DNA of 64,000 nt from Octopus sinensis (lineage: Eukaryota): the NCBI RefSeq assembly GCF_006345805.1, contig NC_042999.1, positions 59,396,001-59,460,000 on the forward strand, read 5' to 3'. The notes under the pieces were generated by a model. That model had not been told where the DNA came from and ran no database searches. It saw only the letters and a list, made by a program, of their open reading frames with translations. Shown here piece after piece: positions 52,226 to 64,000 of this stretch; the first letter of the stretch is position 1; the number at the start of each line of letters is the position of its first letter. A program made the translations under genes and the position numbers.

Positions 52226-52550
52226 TTCTCTCCTTGTTTTTTTCTGTGTCCCTTTCTGTAGAAGAGCGTAGGCTCGAAACGTAAAAGACTTTTTCTATTC
52301 CTGAGCGTTATACTATTGCATCTGTCTGTTTTGTACACCGCCTGTCTTCGTCTTTTTTTTTTTTTCGTAAACGCTCCCTATATATATATATATATACACA
52401 CACACAACAGGCTTATTTATATTTCCGTCTACCAAATCCACTCACAGGCCTTCAGTCGGCTCGAGACTATATTAGACACTTGCCCAAGGTGCCACGCACT
52501 GGGAGTGAACCTGGAAACATGTGACTGGGAAGAAAACTTCTTACCACAGC
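51945..52550 (-). mobile_element. SINE family A with expanded internal microsatellite holding a nested short element
   Basis: Head at ~52420-52550 and 3' part at ~51945-52050 are separated by (CT)/(CA) arrays and the 52224-52380 repeat. Confidence 0.7.
52224..52380 (+). mobile_element. Short repeat with hammerhead-like motif, same family as 2650-2817
   Basis: cttt-CTGTAGA-a-gagc(gtag)gctc-GAAAC-GTA-aaag at 52252-52287. Confidence 0.62.
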
Positions 52551-52902
52551 CTCGTCGAATTTTATTTTATGTCTGCCTTTTGCAAATATTTACTATCGTT
52601 CAAAATTTTGCCACGGTGGGCGTGTTAGAGATGTGCAGTTCCAAACAGTCCTGATGTGCTTAATAACTAGATAAACCAATAAAACGTAACGTAAAAAGAA
52701 ACAGACCTTTCAAAATGGAAGCAACATACATACACACGGGAGCTGGAAAGCGCGGCAACAACATTAATTAACAAATATGTACGGATGAACGTTATGGAAA
52801 AGTTCAATACCCCGCAGTGACAATAGTTTCATATCAACAATAATCTTCTTAATCTACAAATCTTTTTAGAGGTAACGATACCTAGTACACAATACTTAAA
52901 AC

Positions 52903-52933
<31 letters not shown>

Positions 52934-52988
52934 CATACATACATACATACATACATACATACATACATACATACATACATACATACAT

Positions 52989-53135
52989 GTTGAAAGATTT
53001 AAAAGGCCAAACAATGCAAGTAGATTTTAAGATGAGGTAATCGTTGGTTCTATATGTATCCATATACTTACTTCTAGTTTACGTTACCTCATCTTAAAAT
53101 CTGTTTTCATTGTTTGGCCTTTTAAATCTCTCAAC
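52989..53135. repeat. Inverted repeat, ~52-bp arms
   Basis: gttgaaagatttaaaaggccaaacaatg..agattttaagatgaggtaa versus ttacctcatcttaaaatct..cattgtttggccttttaaatctctcaac. Confidence 0.85.
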
Positions 53136-53301
53136 GTTATATTCCATATACAATGCTTCAAGCAAACTATAAAATCTCATATATACATATATAAATATAT
53201 TTATATATATATATATATACATATATATTTATGTGTACATACGTATACATAAATATACATATATACATATATGCATACATACATGCATAGATACATATGT
53301 A

Positions 53302-53354
<53 letters not shown>

Positions 53355-53560
53355 CAGGTGGCTAGATAGACATACAGAGAGAGAGAGAGAGAGTGAGAGA
53401 GAGATAGCGCGAGGGGGACGGGTTATAGAGAGATAGAGAGATACAGACATACATAGAAAGATGGACAGACCGATATATAAGATATACAATTATAATATAC
53501 ATACATGTAGGTAGATAGATGGATATAGATAGATAAAGTGTACACATATATCTATATTTG

Positions 53561-53601
<41 letters not shown>

Positions 53602-54115
53602 ATATGTATATATGTATCTACATATTTATCTGTCTACTTGTCTAGCTAGTTATCTATCTATACATCTATATGTACATGAATGTATGTACTTACGTATGTA
53701 TATATGTGTGTTTATACACATAGCTACATTGACAGGTAGATACGTGTATTAGTAGATAGATAAATAGGTTGATGGATAGATCTAGTTATAGATATTGACA
53801 CATAACCCCCCTCACCCCTCCGTGTACGCACACACACACACACACACGTATATGAATGTATCTGTAGGCATGTACATGTATATTCCAATACAGAGATACA
53901 ATTTCCTATATGCATTCTCTATGTACCAAATATCAGAGTTCATGCATGTTGTTTGCCATTACCAAAATATCAAATATCAAAGTTCACACGTGAAGATATG
54001 CTTGTTACAGCACGCACACACATACTCACACACATGTTTGCGCACACACATACACACTTATATATATATATGTATATGTATATATATATGTATGTATGTA
54101 AAATTTCTCTCTTTG

Positions 54116-54146
<31 letters not shown>

Positions 54147-54161
54147 GTATATATATGTATA

Positions 54162-54256
<95 letters not shown>

Positions 54257-55110
54257 ATGTAAAATTTCTCTCTTTGTATATATATGTTTGTGTGTAAGTG
54301 TCTGTATGTAAGCATATATGTATGTATTCAAGATAACTTATTGAAAAGCCCGTAAAGGAAATTTTTCCTATTTTGATAAGACTGAATTAATATTCTGATA
54401 GAAACACATTCTGGTTTATTAAACTTGTATGAATTCTTTCAAACCGATGTATTTACTTGAAGTGGGTCTTTGTTTTCCACGCTACTCTGTTTTCTTTTAA
54501 GGTCTTTTGACTCTACACGTCTTCCCTCTTCCCTCTACTCATTTTCCTTTTACATATATCAATCTTTCTCTCCTTCGTTTTATAGCTTTATCGTATGTCT
54601 CATTGACTGTCACACATTTTTTGTTTCTACAAATTATTATATATCACAGAATCCCCTTAATCTTGTCTGTCTTCGATTTCTTTTTTTCTTCTTTGACACC
54701 ACGACTTTACTTTTTCCCCAAGAATACTCTACCAATTTTGGGGGAGTGAAATGGCATTATTTTTAAGGCTTCTCACGATCATAATGTTGCTGGTTTGATT
54801 CCTGTAACGTGCGACGCAAGTGACTTGATTTTACGTTATTCTAGTTTACTCCGATTGAAATGAATCCTAGCTGGGTGCTGGGACTATCATCTCTCCTTTC
54901 GTGTGGGCTATGAATAGAAGGATCGTAGTTACAATATGTACCAATATAATAATGGGTGAAAGCAAAGTAAATACTACAAGTCAGACTCGGTTGCCAACGA
55001 CTGCAATACAGTATCGAATTTGCCGTTTTCGTTCGTATGCTAGTAATGTGTTTAATGAGAATCAAGCAGCAATTTGTTATTTTAATTTATTCTTCATATA
55101 TATATATATA

Positions 55111-55420
55111 TCACCGTGATCACCGTGACCCACTAGGCTATCAGATGTTGCTACACATCGCTGGTCACAATGAGCTTCGCATTGTTTTAGCCTTCAAATG
55201 ACGCCACCCCGCTGGCTAAGCGAGCAGGCCAATAGAAGAAAGAGTGAGAGAAAGTTGTGGCGAAAGAGTACAGCAGGGATCGCCACCACCCTCTGCCGGA
55301 GCCTCATGGAGCTTTATGTGTTTTCGCTCAATAAACACTCACAGCGCCCGGTCTGGGAGTCGAAACCGCGATCCTACGACCGCGAATCCGCTGCCCTAAC
55401 CACTGGGCCATTGTGCCTCC
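55111..55420 (-). mobile_element. tRNA-derived SINE family C, full-length
   Basis: Minus strand ggaggcacaatggcccagtggttagggcagcgg...ggtttcgactccc (A and B boxes); tail with a 9-nt tandem (tcacggtga)2. Confidence 0.88.
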
Positions 55421-55422
55421 AC

Positions 55423-55453
<31 letters not shown>

Positions 55454-55469
55454 ATATATGTATATCCTT

Positions 55470-55950
55470 GTTATAATCATTGGACTGCAGCCTTGTTGGG
55501 ACATAACCTTGAAGTGATTAGTGGCGTAAATCGTCCCCATTACTGATTTGTAAGTCTCGTACTTATTCTATTGGTTGCTAAAGCCGAATCACCAAGTTAC
55601 CAATATCAGTAGGCAAACGGCTGGGCAGCCATACACATGAACATACACCTCTTACACACACATGCGCACGCTCGCACGCACAGACGCACACACACATCCA
55701 TATATGAGTACATATTTTATGCACATATATCTATATATATATATCTGTGTGTGTATCGATATATGTGTATGTGTGTGTGCGTGCGTGCGTATATGACGGG
55801 CTTCCATATAGATTCTGTCTAGCAAAATTCTCTCACAATGCATCGGTCGTCCCGGGGCTATATTAGAAGCCACTTGGCCATAGTATCGTCAAGTTGGTTT
55901 GAATGCAAAACAACATGGTCGCAAATCAAGTTTCTTAACAACAGAACCGT
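55470..55950 (-). mobile_element. Old SINE family A copy with ~150-bp internal microsatellite
   Basis: gtacttattctat, atgacgggctt and ggctatattagaag..cacttg match family A in reverse. Confidence 0.6.
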
Positions 55951-56904
55951 GATCATCTTCAATCTAACGTATTGATTCTTTGCTGTATTCGCAGTACAGA
56001 TGTTTAATTTCTTTTCTTGATTAGAAACATCTCATCGCTACAGCTTCAACTTTTGCTCCTCTAAATGCCTAAGAATTGTATGAGAATTGTATGAGAATGT
56101 TGAATTTCCAAATACAACAAAACATTTGGTTTATATTACACTAAGCAGGATGACTTTTTTAAATGTTGAAGAAACTAGCATTAATAATTCTCGCATTGGT
56201 ATTAACTATATTAACGACGTGTATTGATCTTCGTGTTTAACGTCTTCTTAAGACTCTGTGTATCTTTATTGGGTTTCTGAAAAGGTTCATAGACACTACT
56301 CGCCATCTTCTATCCAAACTAGAAATAAATTAAACTAGATTTATTCTAAACTCAGTTAAAATGAGAGCGACATTCACTTTATATCTTACATCATATGACA
56401 ACTTCAAGTATCGATTTCATCTCACTTGACGCCACATCAATTTCTTTTTGTAGCAGAGTTGAGATATAGTAGATTAATCATCATTGCAATCAAGATCCCG
56501 ATCATTTTCACAGTCATAGTGGTGAACATGATCGACAACAACGCACAACCAAAAGCTTCAACATCTTTAGATTCAGATGTTAGAACTCCCAATATTTGAC
56601 ACGATCTTAGAGCTAGTTCATACATGTGGAGAATCCTTGATTATAGAGATTATCTTCCTTTCTGAAGTAGAGCTATTCGTGATTGCCATTTGGTAATTAA
56701 GACACCTCGTCTAGGGGAGGCGGGGATGTATTTATAATAATCAAGAGTTTATGCTGTATAGCATTTGAGAAATCTTTATTTAGTTAAATACTGGTCACGG
56801 TGAGCTATCTATCTTTGCTTATTTATGTTTAGTATATTCAAGTTGTAATCTCACACCGGTTTCGTCATATGAATGTCCAGTTATTTACTGAAGTGGACAA
56901 TATA

Positions 56905-57540
56905 CGAAAATTGGCTGTAAAGTTTCTTACGCTGACAAAGATACTCTCATGAGATGTGAAGATATGAGACATTTTTCAACATAGTCCCCCTTGCGGCCCA
57001 CACTTCTCCCATCGATCTCGCAGTGATTCGATAAAATTGATGCAGAAGCTTTCATCCTGCTGGTCAACAACGTCATCAACAGCAGATATAACGTCATCAT
57101 CACTGCGATATTGGTTCCCAGTCAAGTGTTCTTTCCCCCCTGTTGGGGAACAAATGATAGCCAAATCAGGAGAATAGATCAGGGGTGCAACCAGTTCAAA
57201 TCCACACCCGCGCACAGCAGCCACTGAAAGCAAGGGTTTGTATGCTGGAGCATTGTCCTGATGAAGCAAGTCTAATTTCTTTGGTTTTCCTGAGTGTTTG
57301 GTCGCGATAACCTTTCGTAAGTGCTCTCAATTGATGGTGAGGCTTGTTTAAAGATAGTCAATGGACACAATGCTTTCTACACCCCCCAAACCTGAGGTTA
57401 TCACCTTCGTTGCTGAAGAAACGATTTTGGCCTTTTTGGAGCAGTTGAGGCTGGGTATTTTCACTTTATGGATTGTCACTTTGTCCCTGACTCAAAGTGA
57501 TGAACTCAGCCCTCGTCCTGGGTTAGGACCCTCGTGCTAT
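56905..57540 (-). mobile_element. Mariner 3' half, decayed
   Basis: Minus strand TQDEG*VHHFE (first catalytic D), LHQDNAPA, YSPDLA, YRSDDDVISAV. TIR-like end with TA at 56903. Confidence 0.8.
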
Positions 57541-58222
57541 GCATTTAGCAGAATGGGACAGAAGCGAGTGGGAGCTGCATTCTCGATACCGACGCTTTGG
57601 ATTCACCGATGAGACACTCAGCCTTGTTTTGGGAACAATATGTTTTGACACACCAATAACTATTTACTCTTACACATACATAAAAAGTGAGGTCACAAGA
57701 GAGGGGAGGGATGGGAGGGAAAGAGAAGAAGAGGGAGAAATGGAGCAGGAGGATAAGGAAGAAGTCAGAGGAAGATGGGGAGAGAATTGAGAAAGAAAGA
57801 TATAATCCAACGTATGATGTTAAACAAGTCGGCATCGAATCGGCGGCATCATATAAGCGGCGCCAAACGAATATGCCAAAACGTCTCATACCAGGCAGTT
57901 AGATCGAAACTAGGACAAGCAAAGCTTTTTAACTACTCAGTCTTATATTCATGTGATTCATTTAACGCTCTGGCAAAATGTGTACAAGAACGGGTTTTCC
58001 GTTCAAGAAAATAACTTCTAATCATTTACTGACATTCTAAATATCTCAAGTGTGATGCACGTTAGACTACATTATTTACTGAACAGCTATGGTGGTGGTG
58101 AAGTACAAGAGAGCAATAAAGCGTTGGGAATTATGTCGGTATCTAACCTCCATCTCACACTGTTGACAGGGACGTGTATATCGAATGCATGAACATTTGC
58201 ACACACACACACACACACACAT

Positions 58223-58294
<72 letters not shown>

Positions 58295-58381
58295 TATATA
58301 TATATATATATACACTCAGTGAGAAAAAGGTGGACAGACCGAGATAAAGGTAGATAGAGAGAGTGAAAATAAGGAGATAAG

Positions 58382-58415
<34 letters not shown>

Positions 58416-58417
58416 TG

Positions 58418-58722
58418 TTGTGTCTGGGGAGAGTCATTTTCTTTTTGTGCCTTATAATATAACACACTCACCGGCAAAATCTCCACTTTTTTCTGATTTC
58501 TATTTTCCTAAAATTTTCGTTGCGTCTTGCAACCTTTTCAATAGTTTTGACTCTAAAATTATTGAAAAGGTTGCAAGACGCAACGAAAATTTTAGGAAAA
58601 TAAAAATAAGAAAAATTGGTAATTTCACTGGTGAGTATGTTACATTATAAGGCACAAAAAGAAAATGACTCTCCCCAGACACAAAGGAATATGCTTCAAC
58701 ACACGAGCTCATATAAAGAATC
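58418..58722. repeat. Near-perfect ~265-bp palindrome with asymmetric extension
   Basis: ttgtgtctggggagagtcattttctttttgtgccttataat...attataaggcacaaaaagaaaatgactctccccagacacaa with a central loop gactct. The right arm continues to ~58722 as the 9548 family. Confidence 0.9.
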
Positions 58723-59417
58723 TTGCTAGATCGGGAAATTTCAGACCAATGAGCAAAGGCGTTCACATTTTTTTCACATATATTCCAAATGAACATTGAC
58801 CAACTTGTCCTTGTGATTATACATAGTATGGTGTGATTTGAGGAGAGATTTTGTTGTTATTCCTAGCAAACCGAGTAAATTCGATTAGGTTCCATCACTG
58901 ACTCGTGCTTTCTTTACTTGAGGTATTAACAAATAGAAATACTGGCCGGATATTGTCTACACCAGGCATCGGCAATATTTTCCGAGAAATGGGCCGCTTG
59001 ATACATGGCACGTCATCAGGTAGGCCGCACTACAAAAAATCTAAAGGCAATTTTTCGTTAGGCGTGCCATTGAGAAAATCTTGTGGGCCGCAGGTGTGCC
59101 TATGAGTGGTCTAAACAAATTTGCTTATATTCAATTAGTTAGTGGTTTCCAATTTTGGCGAAAGGCCAGCAATTTAGGGGAGGGGTGATTCTATTATATC
59201 GACCTCTATGCTCAACTGGTACTTATTTTATTGACGAAGGGCAAAGTTTACCACGGTGGGATTTGAACACCGCTAAAGAATTTGTCCCCGAGCTAACGAT
59301 TGTGTCAGCTCTCTGCCTTATATTTCAGTTAGGTATTTATTTTCTAATATACGCAGGAAATTAAAGATTTAGATACGACGGCTATATACTATTGTCGATT
59401 ATATCGACTGTGCTATA

Positions 59418-60715
59418 CGCGAGGGTGCCCAAAGTAACCGGAAATGTTCTCTGTGGGGCAAGACAGTTGTAATTCTGTTGTAATTCAGATTTCCGCCGCT
59501 AGAAACCACTTGATGCGACCCTCAGGCATTAGTATGCCGACAGGCATCGTCGTGTGAGGTCGTACTGTCACGTGGTGCGTCAGTGTTTTGCAGTGCTTCT
59601 CTCCTGTTCTTCGATTTTTGCGATGGCTGGAACGAAGGGACAGCGTGCTTCCGCAAAATTCTGTTACCTGCGGCGGAAAAGGATATGCGGGGTGAAGTGT
59701 GTGTGTGTGTGGGGTGGGGTAGGCGAAACAGTTATCATGCTTCAAACAGTTTAGAAGGAAGCTGCCGTGGGCAAAACATAAATTTACGAGTGGTTTTCAC
59801 GCTTTGGAAATGTTGCTTGAAAACCTACCTCGTTCAAGGTGACCATCGATCTCTGCTATTGCCGAACAATTAGCGAACTTGTTGACATGACCGGTGTGTT
59901 ATGGAGCTCCTGCCAACGGATTTTGAGTGAAGAATTGCGAATGAAAAGAGTTACAGCAAAATTTGTGCCACGCTTGCTCACGGAAAATCAAAAGCAGTCA
60001 CCACTGAATGCGTGTCGTGAACTGAAAGGACAGCTGAAAGTTGAACCGGACCTATTTTTCGAACACTGATGATGAAAGATGGTGCTACAGCTACGACCCG
60101 GAAACGCAGGTCTATGAAAGCATTCAATGTCAACGCGTCCCAGAAAAGCGCGTCAAATGAAGTCCAATATCAAGAAAATACTGGTTTATTTCATCGATGC
60201 AAAAGGATTTGTCCACACAGAATATGTTCCATCTGGTGAAACTGTTAATCATACATTTTACTTGCAAGTTCTGAAACGTTTACGAGACATGGTGAAACGA
60301 AAACGCCCCGAACTGTGGGAAAGTGGAGAGTGGCGGTTTCAACACGACAATGCACCTGCGCACATCGCCTTGAGTGTGAGACAGTTTTCGACCAAACATG
60401 CATGATGCCGCTTACCCACCCTCCGTATGCACCCGATCTTGCTCTCTGGGGCTTTTTTTCGGTCCCTCGAATGAAAAAAGTCTTTGAATGAAACAGTTTT
60501 GTAGATGGTGAAGAGGGGAAAGAAAAAACGACAGAGGCGTTAGAAGGCATCACTTCACATGAGTTCCAGGATTGCTTGAAACAGTGGAAAACTTGTTTTG
60601 ACCGATGCACTGCTTCAAATGGAGAATACTTTGAAGGTGATAAAAGTGTAAACGTGTAAAAGTAAGTGAATAAGATAATATTGCATAATTCCGGTTTCTT
60701 TTGGGTATCCTCTCG
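59418..60715 (+). mobile_element. Full-length (~1.3 kb) decayed mariner
   Basis: TIR cgcgagggtgcccaaagtaaccggaa / ttccggtttcttttgggtatcctctcg with TA flanks. MAGTKGQRASAKFC, KRVTAKFVPRLL, FQHDNAPAH, YAPDLA. Confidence 0.9.
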
Positions 60716-60864
60716 TATGAGTGATCTTATATTTTATCCACCTTGCAAAGATTAAAAATAACAAGGTGGTCTTTCGTTGCATTTGAACTAATAATATAAA
60801 CATTTGTGCCACAATAGCCAATTGGTCTGCGACTTCATTTAAACATATACAAATCAGAGATTGT

Positions 60865-61046
60865 GGAGGCGCAATGGCCCACTGGTTAGGGCAGCGGACT
60901 CGCGGTCGGAGGATCGCGGTTTCGATTCCCAGACCGGGCGTTGTGTGTGTTTATTGAGCGAAAACACCTAAAGCTCCACGAGGCTCCGGGAGGGGGTGGG
61001 GGATGGCGACCACAGTTGTACTCTTTCGCCCCAACTCTCTCTCACT
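60865..61046 (+). mobile_element. SINE family C, 3'-truncated
   Basis: Near-identical to the reverse complement of 55111-55420 over head and body. Confidence 0.88.
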
Positions 61047-61250
61047 CGGCAAGCTGACAGGATCGTTAGCACACAGGGCAAAATGCGTGGTGGAATTTCG
61101 TTCGTACTTCCATTCGTAGTTCAAATTCCTCCGAGGTCAACTTTGCTTTCATCATTTCGGGGTCGATAAAATAAGTACCAGTTAAACACTGGGAACGATG
61201 CAATCAACTAAACCCTTCCGAAACTGCTGGCCTCGTGTCAAAAATCAATA
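61047..61250 (+). mobile_element. SINE family B, third tail variant
   Basis: aagctgacaggatcgttagc...gttcaaattcc...ggggtcgataaaataagtaccag...gaaactgctggcc. Confidence 0.75.
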
Positions 61251-62294
61251 TTTGAGTCGATCCGAGGGTATGGTAAATAATACATTTCCAAGGTGGCGTG
61301 CAGTTGGATAGAGCCTAGATACCTGAGAATACAAAGTGAACTCCTTTACACGGCCATGCCAGTTACACAACTGCTGTCTGTATGAATATCGCTGACATTC
61401 TAAGTGTTATTGGAATAGCAAAACTCTTAATAAACATTTTTCAATTACGTCGCATGACACCAAATTACACGGAAGCTGCAAATTAAATAAACTTCTGAAT
61501 CTCAGACAAAATATATAGCTAAAACTACTGAAGAAATTCTCATTAATTTCGAAAATCTGTTTTTTCTTTTGTTCATTTTCTTAAAACAGAAGCACCCCAG
61601 GTAATTAGAAAATAAAGAAACAACCAAAACCAAAAGCAGAGAGTTCTAAGGATATAAAGGTAACAGGCGCACAGGTTGAAACATTCCCGACACAACGGCC
61701 TATGAGGATACATTACTATACGAACATATTACAAACATGCATTTATATAAAATTACAAACACGCATTTATAAATTTCAGTGGCCATTTATTATGTATTTT
61801 CTTTCTTTTAATATCTAGTATATCAGGTAATCAATTAATCCTTGAAATTTAATTACAGCTTTAGAAAGAAATTGATATGGGACATTTTATTATTAAGATG
61901 ATTCAACAAACAAACAAACACACACACACACACTCACACACACACGCACACACACACACACGCACACACAAACACACTTATATATATATAACATATATAA
62001 AAAAATACAAAAATGGGACAAGAACGCAAAACATTCAGACAGTTAGGTGAAACAAATAAAGGAAAACAAAATATCCAGACAGACGATACAAAGAAAACAA
62101 GTACTGATCATTCGGAGTTTTCTTTCTTCAGTCGAGTTTCAGATTATCTTTGCAATTTCGGCTGGTTATACTAGAGATTGCTCCAATCTGGCCAGCCCCA
62201 AGGAAAAATAAGCTAAGCGAATCACATTCCTTGGAAGAAAGCAGCGAATGTATACGAAACAAGGACGGAAAAACCCCCCAGAAATGTTACACAA

Positions 62295-62365
<71 letters not shown>

Positions 62366-62457
62366 GTGTGTGTATATATATATATGTGTATATATATATG
62401 TAAACTTACTTGGAAATGGATGCGTGGCGTTCAATTAACTAATAATTTAAATAAGAT

Positions 62458-62491
<34 letters not shown>

Positions 62492-62493
62492 AT

Positions 62494-62535
<42 letters not shown>

Positions 62536-62550
62536 AATATATATATATGT

Positions 62551-62838
62551 AAATTCATATATGAAAACAACATGAAATCCGAAAAACAAATGAGTTAAAT
62601 ACGCAAACAACGAGAGAAAAATGGAAAATAGGACAATACAAAGAATACAAACAAACGACCTTTCATCAGTTGTCGGGTGTCTAATTACTTCCAATTTCGA
62701 GTAAGACATCCGACAACTGATGAAAGGTCATTTGTTTGTATTCTTTGTATTACTTTCCTGTTTTCCCTTTTTGTCCCGTTGATTGCGTATTTAACCCATT
62801 TGTTTTCGTATTCCATGATGTTTACCGTTGATGAATTC
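62551..62838. repeat. Diverged fold-back, ~130-bp arms
   Basis: Inner gacctttcatcagttgtcgggtgtct / agacatccgacaactgatgaaaggtc is almost perfect; the outer arms are more diverged. Confidence 0.8.
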
Positions 62839-62851
62839 CTGTAGCCATACA

Positions 62852-62935
<84 letters not shown>

Positions 62936-62990
62936 GTATATATATATTTAGGGGGAGATAGATAGATAGATTGATAGGTAGGAAGGTAGG

Positions 62991-63058
<68 letters not shown>

Positions 63059-63318
63059 AGATAGATAGATATAATATGATTTACCATCTATAGATATCTG
63101 AAACGTTGAAGAGTGAGGGCAAGTCACCGAAGAGGTCGTTATTCGCGAAGAAGTGTCATTTAAATAACAAGCAACCGACTGCTTCTTTAACCAACACATG
63201 AAGCAAACGATCGAGTAGTTAGTTGGTTAGATATTCATCCAACTGACTAAGAATAAAGCACTGATATTGAATCAGTACGCGTGTCATTATCATTGGCGTA
63301 ATGACCCTCCCACGACAC

Positions 63319-63382
<64 letters not shown>

Positions 63383-63651
63383 GTATATATACGTGTGTGT
63401 GTGTATATGTGTATGTGGGTTTGTGTGTATGCGTGTGTAAGTGTGTGTGTACGTGTGAATGGTGGAACGAAAGAAAAACTTCTGAACACATTTACTAGGA
63501 GTTTCGTATATTGCTATTTAAAGCAGTTCGATTCGGTTCTCTGCGACTTAAAGTTTCGCAGGATTCTAACACAAACCAAACCTGATCATGTTCAGATTAA
63601 ATAATCTGAGCCGAGACGAAAGAGATCTCTGTTAGAAGCCTGCGAGATATG

Positions 63652-63698
<47 letters not shown>

Positions 63699-64000
63699 AG
63701 ACTAGAGAAACGGTGAACGAGTGAGGTATGGAGGAAAAGAGCGAAGGAGCGAATGCAAGAGTGAATGAATGAGTAACTGAATAAGTGAGAGAATGAGTGA
63801 TTGATTGAGTGATAGAATGAGTAACTGAATAAGAGAGAGAGAGAGAGGGGGAGAGATAGGAGACAAACTAGATAAAGGATGAATGGTTGAGGGATGGAGG
63901 GAGAGAGTGAAGGAGCGAATGCATGATTGAATGAATGAGTAACTGAATAAGTGAGAGAATGAGTGGGTGAGTGATTGATTGAGTGATAGAATGATCGACA

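Noticed and set aside
56437-56625. Hydrophobic ORF with LIAMM, reminiscent of a TRP-channel S6 helix
   Set aside because: Bounded by in-frame stops, weak acceptor, no donor before the stop; similarity too short.
58962-59107. Possible hAT MITE (caggcatcggcaa...gggccgca)
   Set aside because: Right TIR too degenerate and no 8-bp TSD seen.
60865-60940. tRNA-like sequence (also 55345-55420, 37124-37190, 26363-26425)
   Set aside because: A and B boxes are present but no complete cloverleaf, and each continues into a repeat body; SINE heads, not tRNA genes.
62100-62140. Minus-strand ctgaagaaagaaaactccgaat
   Set aside because: GAAA and stem II are too degenerate to call a ribozyme.
63744-63994. 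Repeated gaatgagtaactgaataagtgagag blocks
   Set aside because: Local duplication within a degenerate GA/GAGT microsatellite; unremarkable.

Overview
Eukaryotic, very AT-rich, repeat-saturated DNA, most likely coleoid cephalopod (Octopus-like). This is inferred from the dense TA/CA/TACA microsatellites and the tRNA-derived SINE landscape. No host gene could be identified with confidence, and there is no rRNA, genuine tRNA or CRISPR array. Almost all ORFs in the track are microsatellite read-through or transposon debris. Recognisable elements: a near-intact 5'-truncated CR1/L2-type LINE (14.1-16.9 kb, minus), an RTE fossil, three different Penelope-like elements (PLEs: Penelope/Poseidon-like at 25-26.6 kb nested in a mariner, a probable Hydra-type at 40.7-43.4 kb, Neptune-like at 50-51.5 kb), seven mariner remnants, Tc1-type and other MITEs, a Buster/Charlie hAT fossil, Helitron pieces, four tRNA-SINE families and a 1.2-kb near-identical tandem duplication. 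The most interesting layer is not visible in the ORF track. At least five sequence families of minimal type-I hammerhead ribozyme motifs occur here. They include a ~500-bp fold-back element with a complete hammerhead on each strand, and a PLE terminal repeat in which a tRNA-like Pol III promoter lies upstream of a hammerhead. A SINE/LINE shared 3' tail is also visible. All calls were made by eye; no database search or folding program was run.
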